A DNA stretch of 64,000 nucleotides from an uncultured Collinsella sp. (GTDB lineage: Bacteria > Actinomycetota > Coriobacteriia > Coriobacteriales > Coriobacteriaceae). Under the pieces are notes generated by a model. That model had not been told where the DNA came from and ran no database searches. It worked only from the letters and a program-made list of their open reading frames with translations. Shown here piece by piece: positions 9,996 to 18,604 of the stretch; position 1 is the first letter of the stretch; each line of letters begins with the position of its first letter. Both the position numbers and the translations under genes were made by a program. The stretch spans positions 77,495-141,494 of the forward strand of contig CALIOA010000068.1 in the NCBI GenBank assembly GCA_938045065.1, written 5' to 3'.

Positions 9996-10599
9996 TGACG
10001 AGCGCCCTCTTCCTTTTCAACTGACACACTAGATAAACCGTTGGAAGGATACGCCGCTCACCGAAAAACACCACCGTCCACCGACTCATTAACACAACGT
10101 TCATATTTGACCCACAGCAAAACGGCCACGACCCCAAACGGGACCGCGGCCGCCTGTAAAAGACACAATAGACAGGATGACTTACGCAGCTCCGAGGCAA
10201 ACATCTACCCCGAGATGTACGCACGTAAGTCATTTTGCATAAATTCGTTAATTAATTGCATAAAATGGTGCAAGGATTTCTAGCCGTAACAGGGTAGTAC
10301 CCTCCGGAGCGTGCATTTTCGCGAGTATTCAGCATCGCCGGATAAGATTTTGGTGTCAAAAGTCTTTCAAAAGGTAGATAGTCCTCATGGCTCGTCCCAT
10401 CTGGATAGCAAGCGGCGAGAAACCAGCTATATATGGACATCGCCAAGGCCCAATTGGCGCGCAAAAGCATCAACAGGGACCGCAAACGCCACCTATGGTC
10501 CTATACATCAATCATTGGCTGCTGAAAACTCCGTTTTTTGCACGTCGCCCCAGGCACCACCCTCACCCAGCAGTAATCCACCGAAGACCGGACATCGCA

Positions 10600-10726
10600 G
10601 GGCCCGCCATTAGTTTACTTTTAGGCACACTCCGCAGGACGCAAGAAGCCCTCGCCGCACGAAGTGCGCAGCGAGGGCTTCTTGCATGTCCGAGGACGTG
10701 CCTAAAAGTAAACTAATGGCGGGCCC
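10600..10726. repeat. ~127-bp palindromic element, copy B
   Basis: Same core as copy A, with compensatory changes in the inner stem (GCAAGAAGCCCTCGC/GCGAGGGCTTCTTGC) and different but perfectly complementary outer arms (GGGCCCGCCATTAGTTTACTTTTAGGCAC/GTGCCTAAAAGTAAACTAATGGCGGGCCC). Confidence 0.7.
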
Positions 10727-10747
10727 GGACGACTACAGGGCTATCGA

Positions 10748-13573
10748 TTACCCCGTGTTCTGCAGTCCTGCCGAGACGCCGGTCACAGTCGAAAGAATCA
10801 GGCTCATGTATTCGGCCTTCTTCTCCTCGGCCATCTCGTCCTGGTTCATACGCACCTCGCGAAGGGCGCGGACCTGGGCGATGGACAGGGCGTCGACGTA
10901 GGGGTTACGCACGCGAACGGCGCAGCCAAGCACGCGGCGACGCTGCAGCGGCCACTCGTCACCGACGATGGCAAGGACCCACTTACGCGTGAGCTGCATC
11001 TCGGTGAAGACCTTCTCGGACAAATCATCGCGGTCGCCCAGGTGCAGATACATCTTGGCGATGCGCTGATCGGTCTTAGCGATCGACATCTCGATGTTGT
11101 CGATGAACGTGCGGAAGAACGGCCACTCCTGGTAGGCAGCCTTGAGCTGGTCAAGATCGCCAAGCTGCTCGCAGGCGGTGCCCAGGCCGTACCAAGCGGC
11201 CAGGTTAATGCGCGCCTGGCTCCAGCTGAAGATCCACGGAATGGTACGCAGGTCGTCGAGCGACTTGGCACCCAAGCCGCGCTTGGCGGGACGCGAGCCG
11301 ATCGGCAGCAGACCGACCTCGGTCAGCGGCGTCACGGTCGAGAACCACGGTGTAAAGTCCTCGGTGTTCAGCAGGTCCAGATAGCGCTCGTGGCTTGCGG
11401 TGTTGAGCTTCTCGGCCATACCCCAGAACTTCTGCGTGGTCTCGGTGTTGGTCTTCTCGACACTCGGGGCCGACTGCAAAAGCGTTGCGGCGGCAACGGA
11501 CTCAACATGGCGCTGAGCCAGCGTGCGGTTGCCGTAACGGGCAAAGATGACCTCGCCCTGCTCGGTGAGCTTAAAGAAGCAGTTGACCGAACCCTTGGGC
11601 TGCGCCAGCACGGCCTTGTTGGCCGGGCCGCCGCCACGGCCCACGGCACCGCCGCGACCGTGCATGAGCACCAGGTCGATATTGTTCTTCTCGGCCCACT
11701 TGGCGATGCGCTCCTGCGCGGAGTGCAGCGCGAGCATGGCCGTGGTAGGACCGGCGTCCTTGGAGGAATCGGAGTAGCCCAGCATAACCTCCATGCGGCG
11801 GTTGGTCTGGGCAAGGCGCTTCTGCACCACGGGCAGCGTAAGCATCTGGTCGAGCACGTCAACGCAGCCCTCGAGGTCCTCGAGCTGCTCGAACAGCGGG
11901 ATCACGTCGAGCTCGGGGACATCCTCCTCGTGCGCAAAGGACAGGTGGGCCAGCTCAAAGACGTCAGCCACATGCTGGGCGCTCTTGGTGAACGAGATGA
12001 TGTAGCGGTGCGCCATCTTCTTGCCGTAGCGCTTTTGGATGGAACCGATAGCGCGGAAGGTATCGATGACCTCGCGCGTCATGGGCTGCAGGTCGCCATG
12101 GATACCGTTCTCGTGGATATCCTTGAGGGCGCGGGCGTGCACCACGGAGTGCTGACGGAACTCCATCTCGACCATATGGAAGCCGAAGGACTCGACCTGC
12201 CAGATGATGGTCTGGACCGGGCCGTAGGCAGCACGGACGGCACCGCAGGCGGCCAGCGAACGCTGGACGACGCGCAGGTCATCCAGGAACTCGTCGGCGC
12301 TGTGGTACATGGTGTCGGTGATGCGACGGACGGTGGCGTTCAGACGGTCGGCCATGACGAGCATGACGGCGCGATGTGGCTCGTGCTCGGAGATCAACTC
12401 GGCACGTGCGGTGTACTGGGTGCTCATCTCGACCTGATGGTTCCACAGGTTGATGAGCTCGGCCGACGGCTTGCTGTAGGTGGCCTCGAGCGTGAGGTTA
12501 CGGCCGATGCGGCGGCATTTGTCCTCGAGCTTGAGCACCATGTGGGTGAAGTACTTGGCGGCGACCTCACGGCTCACCTTGGCGGTGACGTTGGGGTTAC
12601 CGTCGCGGTCGGAACCGATCCAGCTGCCGGGATGGAAGAACGCCGGGCACAGCGGCGGCACGGTACCGGCCTTGTCGCCCAGCACCCAGTCGTCAAAACG
12701 ACGGTAGATGACGGGGATAACGTCGAACAGCGTGTTATCGAAGATGTCGATGATGGTATCGGCTTCCTCGACCGGCGTGGGCTTCTTGAGCGCGATGGGG
12801 CTCGTACGCACCAGGGCGTCGATCTCCTGCAGCATATGGCGCTCGTTCTCCACCAGGTCGGAGCCGCCCAGACGCGGACGCTCCTCCAGCAGGTTGGAGA
12901 TACGGCGAATCTTGCCCTCGACGGCCTTACGACGGGCCTCAGTGGGGTGCGCGGTAAAGACGGGATGGAACTCAAGCTTGCCGAGCAGCTCGTTGGCGCC
13001 CTCGACGCCCAGCTCATTCACCAGCTGGTGATAGGCGACGGTGAGCTCGTTGGCGGGATCGACCTCGGTATCGGTCGACGCACCGGCCTCGCGCTCGCGC
13101 AGCTGCGCCACACGGTAGTTCTCCTCCGACAGGTTTGCCAGATGGAAGAAGCTCGTAAAGGCGCGGACAATGACCTGCTGCTTATCGAGCGGCAGGCTGT
13201 CGATCAAATCGACGACCTCACGAAATGCCACGGCAGTGGGTTCGTCGGCGGTGGGCACGCCCTGCTCGTCGACGGCCTCGTCGGCAGCACGGGTACCGGG
13301 GTTGCCGGCATTGGCCACAATCTCGGCCGACAGGATTTTGTCGAACAGGTCCGCGATCTCAGGATCATACTCGCTAAGCACACGACGCTCCAGGCGCAGG
13401 AACAACGCCAGATTGTCGCGCAGCTCCTCGGGGATCTCGATCTCGGCGAGACGCTCCCTGGACTCGGCATTCGAGCCGATTCGGTTAACGAGGCGGTTGA
13501 CCACGGCAGCGACGCGCGCCGCGGCTTCGGGTACAGACTGGTTGCTTAGGTTCTCAGCCACGTTTCCTCCCAT
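10748..13573 (-). CDS. ppc: phosphoenolpyruvate carboxylase
   Basis: 941 aa; VFTAHPTE catalytic motif and GYSDS..K motif region. Confidence 0.95.
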   Translation of the reverse strand: MGGNVAENLSNQSVPEAAARVAAVVNRLVNRIGSNAESRERLAEIEIPEELRDNLALFLRLERRVLSEYDPEIADLFDKILSAEIVANAGNPGTRAADEAVDEQGVPTADEPTAVAFREVVDLIDSLPLDKQQVIVRAFTSFFHLANLSEENYRVAQLREREAGASTDTEVDPANELTVAYHQLVNELGVEGANELLGKLEFHPVFTAHPTEARRKAVEGKIRRISNLLEERPRLGGSDLVENERHMLQEIDALVRTSPIALKKPTPVEEADTIIDIFDNTLFDVIPVIYRRFDDWVLGDKAGTVPPLCPAFFHPGSWIGSDRDGNPNVTAKVSREVAAKYFTHMVLKLEDKCRRIGRNLTLEATYSKPSAELINLWNHQVEMSTQYTARAELISEHEPHRAVMLVMADRLNATVRRITDTMYHSADEFLDDLRVVQRSLAACGAVRAAYGPVQTIIWQVESFGFHMVEMEFRQHSVVHARALKDIHENGIHGDLQPMTREVIDTFRAIGSIQKRYGKKMAHRYIISFTKSAQHVADVFELAHLSFAHEEDVPELDVIPLFEQLEDLEGCVDVLDQMLTLPVVQKRLAQTNRRMEVMLGYSDSSKDAGPTTAMLALHSAQERIAKWAEKNNIDLVLMHGRGGAVGRGGGPANKAVLAQPKGSVNCFFKLTEQGEVIFARYGNRTLAQRHVESVAAATLLQSAPSVEKTNTETTQKFWGMAEKLNTASHERYLDLLNTEDFTPWFSTVTPLTEVGLLPIGSRPAKRGLGAKSLDDLRTIPWIFSWSQARINLAAWYGLGTACEQLGDLDQLKAAYQEWPFFRTFIDNIEMSIAKTDQRIAKMYLHLGDRDDLSEKVFTEMQLTRKWVLAIVGDEWPLQRRRVLGCAVRVRNPYVDALSIAQVRALREVRMNQDEMAEEKKAEYMSLILSTVTGVSAGLQNTG

Positions 13574-13818
13574 TCCTCCTTCTATGCACGTAACATGCGG
13601 TATTCATTATAGGCGCTTGAGAAATACTTTCGACACTGATTGCGCTTTACCACACAAAAGTATTTTCTGCATTGCAAGGGTTTTTGCCCTAAATGGTCGT
13701 ATTTCTCGGTGGACGGCATACACAAACGGGGGCATTCAGCATAAATGCGAAACACCCCCGTAACAATCGCTCGCCGCGAGAGGGAAATGTTAGCGGGTCC
13801 GCAGCTCAAAAAGATGCG

Positions 13819-15138
13819 CTACAGGCGCTCGCGAACCGCCTCGACAACGTTGGCCAGATCGGCAAGGACCTCTTCATGGCTCTCCATGTCGCGCACCTTG
13901 ACCTTGCCGGCGGCAAGCTCGTCGCCGCCCAGGACCAGGATGAGCTTGGCGCCTACCTTATCGGCCTGCTTAAACTGGGCTTTGAGCGAACGGCCCTGAT
14001 AGTCGGCCTCGGTCACGATACCTGCGGCGCGAAGCTCCTGCGTAATGGCAAAGACGTTCTGGCGCAGCTCCTTGCCGGCGTTGGCGACATAAACGCACGG
14101 GGCCTCCTCGGCACCCAGATCGCTGCCAAAGGCCTGCAGGGCCAGCAGGGCGCGCTCAAAACCGACGGCAAAGCCGACGCCCGCCGTGGGCTTGCCGCCC
14201 TCGAGCTCGACGAGGCCGTCATAGCGGCCGCCGCCGCCGATGGAGCCGACGCCGGCGCCAGGGGCCTCGACCTCAAAGACAGTACGGGTGTAGTAGTCCA
14301 GGCCGCGCACCAAGGTGGGATCCTCGACATACTCGATACCGGCGGCATCCAGATAGCGCTTGACCTGCTCGTAGTGCTCGCGGCACTCGTCGCACAGGTT
14401 GTCGCCCATCAGCGGGGCGTCGGCCATGATCTCGCGGCAGTGGTCGTTCTTGCAGTCAAAGGCACGCAGCGGGTTGAGCTCGGCGCGCTCGCGGCACTCA
14501 TCGCACATCTCGTCTGCGTGATCGAGGATGAACTGCTTGACCTGCTCGCGGTAAGCCGGACGGCACTGGGCGTCACCCATCGAGTTGATGAGCAGACGAA
14601 GCTTGGAAAGGTCGAAGCCCAGGCGCTTGTAGAACTCCATGAGCATGATGATGCACTCGGCGTCTGCCGCCGGATCGGGAGCGCCGAGCCACTCGATGCC
14701 CACCTGGTGGAACTGGCGCAGGCGGCCCTTCTGGGGACGCTCGCCGCGGAACATGGCCTCGGCGTAGTACGCCTTAAACGGCGTGGAGCCCTGGGGCACC
14801 AGATTGTTCTCGACGACGGCGCGCACCACGCCGGCCGTGCCCTCGGGGCGAAGTGCCAGGCGCTGCTTGGGCTTGAGTTTGGTGTCGGTGCCCTCGGTAA
14901 AGACGCGCTCCAGGTTGGCACCGCTGAACACGCGGAACATTTCCTTGCGCACGACGTCGGTCGACTGGCCGATACCGTGGACAAACACGTCCACCTGCTC
15001 GATCGCGGGCGTCTCGATGGGTTTAAAACCAAACGGCTCGAACACGCCGGCCGCAATCTGCTGTATCTTTTGCCAGGCGCGCATCTCGGCGCCGATAAGG
15101 TCGCGGGTTCCCTCCGCCTTCTGTGCCTGCATGGGCAA
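13819..15138 (-). CDS. hisS: histidine--tRNA ligase
   Basis: 439 aa; class II aaRS motifs and C-terminal anticodon-binding domain typical of HisRS. Confidence 0.95.
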   Translation of the reverse strand: MPMQAQKAEGTRDLIGAEMRAWQKIQQIAAGVFEPFGFKPIETPAIEQVDVFVHGIGQSTDVVRKEMFRVFSGANLERVFTEGTDTKLKPKQRLALRPEGTAGVVRAVVENNLVPQGSTPFKAYYAEAMFRGERPQKGRLRQFHQVGIEWLGAPDPAADAECIIMLMEFYKRLGFDLSKLRLLINSMGDAQCRPAYREQVKQFILDHADEMCDECRERAELNPLRAFDCKNDHCREIMADAPLMGDNLCDECREHYEQVKRYLDAAGIEYVEDPTLVRGLDYYTRTVFEVEAPGAGVGSIGGGGRYDGLVELEGGKPTAGVGFAVGFERALLALQAFGSDLGAEEAPCVYVANAGKELRQNVFAITQELRAAGIVTEADYQGRSLKAQFKQADKVGAKLILVLGGDELAAGKVKVRDMESHEEVLADLANVVEAVRERL

Positions 15139-15191
15139 ACACCTTTCTTTTGTATCGCGTCATAGGTAACGGTCATTATACGGCACAAACA

Positions 15192-15401
15192 CAAACAGCG
15201 GCGGCGCGTCTGACCGAACGAGGGTATGGGGACTCGTTCGGCCAGATGCGCCGCCGCTGTTTGCGATCCGTTTTCCTCCGTCCCCTTCGAATCACGCGAC
15301 CCCTTGGGGACGGAGGAAAACGGATCATTTCGTAGGCCCGTGGCCGCCTTGGAAACCGAATGATGGTACGAGCATCCATTCGGCTTCCAAGGCGGCCACG
15401 G
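15192..15401. repeat. three consecutive long GC-rich hairpins (arms ~30, 21 and 25 bp) between a truncated MFS gene and the hisS promoter
   Basis: Inverted repeats at 15192-15263, 15265-15326 and 15338-15401; no T-box consensus is present. Confidence 0.5.
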
Positions 15402-15436
15402 ATAGAACGGGGCGAACAGAAAAGAGCGACGGACGT

Positions 15437-15886
15437 CTACTCCCCCGCCACGCTCGCGCGCAGCTTGGCGGCGATGGGCTCCGAGGCCAGCAGGAATACG
15501 AGCATGACCACAGAACACACCAGGCACACGATCCAGGCGCTCGCAAAGGAGCCAGAGACGGCAAAGAGCACGTAGACCTGCCACAGCTCACCGACAAAGC
15601 TCATGCTGGCAAGAACGGCAGAGGTAGCGATAACGGTTAGGGAGCCCAAAACGCGACCGCTTACTTTATCGGCAACATGGCCAATGACAAGCGATCCGAT
15701 AACGCTCACCACGGTAGAGATCGCATTGGAGATGTTGTACTGCGCAAGAGATATTCCCAAGTCGCTGACGATGAGCGGCTGGAACAGGCTCATGCAGTTG
15801 ACGAAAATCGTGTAGCACGTGGCCATGATCACGAAGCCGGAGGCCACCACGAGCCAGCCGGGGAAGAACTTACGCTGCTGGGGCAT
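15437..15886 (-). CDS. MFS transporter N-terminal fragment (first ~4 TM helices only; probable remnant or truncated gene)
   Basis: 149 aa of hydrophobic, MFS-like N-terminus that ends abruptly; it is followed by the hairpin cluster. Confidence 0.45.
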   Translation of the reverse strand: MPQQRKFFPGWLVVASGFVIMATCYTIFVNCMSLFQPLIVSDLGISLAQYNISNAISTVVSVIGSLVIGHVADKVSGRVLGSLTVIATSAVLASMSFVGELWQVYVLFAVSGSFASAWIVCLVCSVVMLVFLLASEPIAAKLRASVAGE

Positions 15887-16009
15887 ACTGCTCCTTATTT
15901 AACAAACGAATAGCCGGCGCCGGGCGCCGGTAGTGCCCAAGATTGCCTTGAAAGACAAGGGCATAGGCCTTATGGCCATGCCCGCAGGCTTGAAAGGCAA
16001 GGTTGGATG

Positions 16010-17305
16010 CTACCGGTGGTCGGCGATATAGCCCAAAGCGACGGCGGTATAGGCCGCAGCACCGAGCGGCAGCTCGGCATCGTTAAAACGTGCCTTGGGA
16101 TGGTGCTGGGCAAAATGCTCGTCCGTGTCGGTTACGGCCGCGCCCACGGTAAAGTACGCACTCGGAATCTCGCTCGAGATAAGCGCGAAGTCCTCACTCG
16201 CCATGGCATGGAAAAGCGGCAAGAAAGCCGCCTTGGGCAGCACTGCGCCCACGTAGCCAAGCGACGCCTGAGTCATATCGCTGTCGAGTACAAGCGGCGG
16301 AACATCCGAAAGCGTCTCGATGGTCGCCGGCGTACGATATGTTGTGGCAACGCCGTTAACGACCTCCGCGATGCGGGTCTTGAGGTGCTCCATGAGCTCG
16401 ACGTCGAAGCCGCGCAGCGTGCCTTCGAGCACGCAGGTATCCGGGATGACGTTGGCCGCTTGGCCACCGGCAAACTTACCCACGGTCAGTGCGACCTCCT
16501 TGGCGGCCGGCACCTCGCGAGCGATGAGCTCCTGAAGCGCCAGGTGCACATGGACGCCGGTCGTGATGGGGTCGATGCAGATCTCGGGGCTCGAGCCATG
16601 GCCGCCCTTGCCCTGCAGCGTGATGCGGAAACCATACACGCCCGAAAGCGCCGGGCTCCCATAGAGCACCAGGCCGAGCGGCGATTGGCTGTTAACGTGC
16701 ATGGCAAAGGCCGCCTGAGGGCGCGGGTTCTGCAGCAGACCGTCGGCGATGGCGGCGCGGGCACCCTCAAAGGTTTCCTCGCCCGGCTGGAACAGCAACT
16801 TAACCGTAGCGTTGGCATCAACAAGCTCTGCCTCGCGCGCTTTGAGCATACGAGCCGCACCAAGCAGCGCCGTCGCGTGCATATCGTGACCGCAAGCGTG
16901 CATGCAGCCGTTGGTGGATGCAAAGGGCTCGCCGGATTCCTCGGCAACGGGCAGGGCGTCCATGTCGCCACGAAGCATGATGACCGTACCGGCCTGCTCA
17001 TTCGTGCAGATGCCATTGCCTTGGGCCGCGGCGGCACCGGCGCCGACAAGGCCCACAACGCAGGAACCATCGACGAGCGTAGCAAATGGGATGTCCATCT
17101 CGGTCAGGCGCGCTTGGATATACGTAGAGGTCTGCGGGAGGCTATTACCCAGCTCGGGCATCTGATGTAAATCGTGTCGCCACGCAGCGAGCTCATCTGC
17201 AAAAGCCTGAGCTTCTGCAACAAGACCGTCACCGATAGCGGTCTGCGCCGCCGCGGTGGCCTTGGGCGCTGATTGCGGTTGAAGATCGGACAGTGCTGGT
17301 GCCAT
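16010..17305 (-). CDS. M20-family amidohydrolase (peptidase M20D / aminoacylase-like)
   Basis: Metal-binding motifs HACGHD and GGHGS are typical of M20D; start trimmed to MAPALS. Confidence 0.85.
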   Translation of the reverse strand: MAPALSDLQPQSAPKATAAAQTAIGDGLVAEAQAFADELAAWRHDLHQMPELGNSLPQTSTYIQARLTEMDIPFATLVDGSCVVGLVGAGAAAAQGNGICTNEQAGTVIMLRGDMDALPVAEESGEPFASTNGCMHACGHDMHATALLGAARMLKAREAELVDANATVKLLFQPGEETFEGARAAIADGLLQNPRPQAAFAMHVNSQSPLGLVLYGSPALSGVYGFRITLQGKGGHGSSPEICIDPITTGVHVHLALQELIAREVPAAKEVALTVGKFAGGQAANVIPDTCVLEGTLRGFDVELMEHLKTRIAEVVNGVATTYRTPATIETLSDVPPLVLDSDMTQASLGYVGAVLPKAAFLPLFHAMASEDFALISSEIPSAYFTVGAAVTDTDEHFAQHHPKARFNDAELPLGAAAYTAVALGYIADHR

Positions 17306-17420
17306 AGATGCCCTCCAGTAACGTTTTTGCAGCAAGCACTTTGATAGCGTAAAGTGCAAGGTACTACTTTAAGGGCGACGCATAAAAAATGCCGCCCCGG
17401 GAGGCGGCGCAACAAATTGT

Positions 17421-18404
17421 TTACAATTGCGGGCGCGGCTTTCGACGCAAAAAATCGAAATGCGTCTCGCTCAAGATAATCGAAAGAAAGATGAGCGCGA
17501 AGCCGGCGAGCAGGCGCGAGGTGAGCGCCTCCCCCATCAGCAGCACCGAGAACAGCACACCCGAAGGCGACTCCATCGAAAGGAGCAGCGAGCCCGTCGA
17601 GGCCGGGACATGCGCCAGGCCGACGTTTTGGATGAGCAGAGCCACACATGTGCAGCCCACCGAGAGAAACGCCATCACACTGATAAAGCTCGGCGTCCAA
17701 ACGGACAGCGGCGCTTGGGTCTCGAATAGCAGCGAGGAGATCAGGCTCAGCACGCCGTTGCCCACAAACATCCAAAACGTGATGACGTTGATGTCCATCT
17801 TGCGGCCATACTTGGCGGTCACCGCCATCTGGATGGCAAAGAAGACCGCACCGCCCAGTGTGATGACATCGCCGACATTGAACTCGACGCTATCGAGCGC
17901 CACCAGACCAATGCCCGCCAGGCACAGCAACGCGGCGCCCAAGTTGTAACGGGTAAGCTTTTCGCCGCTTAGAACGTAGCTCGCAAACGGAACCAAGATG
18001 CAGTACGTGCCCGTCAAAAATGCACTCTTGCCTGCCGTGGTCTGTGCCAGGCCGATCGTCTGCAAGCCGTAGGCACCCCACATGAGCGCGCCCATGCCAA
18101 GTCCAACAATCAGGTTTCGAGCGTTGAAATGGGCAACAATGCGCTCGTGGAAGATGGCAAGCATGACCAACGACGCCGGAAGAAAACGAATGTAGAGCAG
18201 CTCGAACACCGGAATGGTATCGAGCGCATCCTTCATGGTGGTGAAGGAATAGCCCCAGATGACCGCCACCGAAAGCAGCAAGACCTTCCAGAACAGCGGC
18301 GAGCGCGCACCGGCACCGCGAGAGGCACCGCCGGCACCTAGGTCTTCGCGGGCTACAGGGCTATCGGGCATATTCTCGATTTCGTTGGCAGCGTATTGGG
18401 CCAT
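17421..18404 (-). CDS. EamA/DMT-family transporter
   Basis: 10-TM protein with duplicated EamA domains. Confidence 0.8.
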   Translation of the reverse strand: MAQYAANEIENMPDSPVAREDLGAGGASRGAGARSPLFWKVLLLSVAVIWGYSFTTMKDALDTIPVFELLYIRFLPASLVMLAIFHERIVAHFNARNLIVGLGMGALMWGAYGLQTIGLAQTTAGKSAFLTGTYCILVPFASYVLSGEKLTRYNLGAALLCLAGIGLVALDSVEFNVGDVITLGGAVFFAIQMAVTAKYGRKMDINVITFWMFVGNGVLSLISSLLFETQAPLSVWTPSFISVMAFLSVGCTCVALLIQNVGLAHVPASTGSLLLSMESPSGVLFSVLLMGEALTSRLLAGFALIFLSIILSETHFDFLRRKPRPQL

Positions 18405-18471
18405 GGAACATCCTCACACTCAATCTGGGCGTGGTGTCCGCACGCGTATGGCTGCGTGCCGCCTCATGGTC

Positions 18472-18510
18472 AAATAAAAACGGGGCGCACCGGACCCCCG
18501 GCACGCCCCG
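18472..18510 (-). terminator. intrinsic terminator downstream of the YhgE/Pip operon
   Basis: GGGGCGTGCCGG-GGGT-CCGGTGCGCCCC hairpin followed by TTTTTATTT on the minus strand. Confidence 0.6.
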
Positions 18511-18604
18511 CTACTGTAGCAACAACCAAGCAGCCCACGCAATTCACCGCGCTAAAGCGTCGGCAGAGTAAACCTCGATGCTTCGTCAACACCACGCTGT
18601 TGCG

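Noticed and set aside
9996-10747. Short ORFs (80-109 aa) in the larA upstream region
   Set aside because: Atypical codon usage, no RBS or start context, and overlap with the palindromic repeat; the region is more likely noncoding.
11042-13549. 835-aa plus-strand ORF
   Set aside because: Antisense to ppc; low-complexity G/A/L/V-rich composition.
13693-15165. 490-aa plus-strand ORF
   Set aside because: Antisense to hisS.
15139-15436. T-box riboswitch leader upstream of hisS
   Set aside because: No T-box consensus (AGGGUGGNACCGCG) or specifier-loop architecture is present; the region is three independent perfect palindromes.
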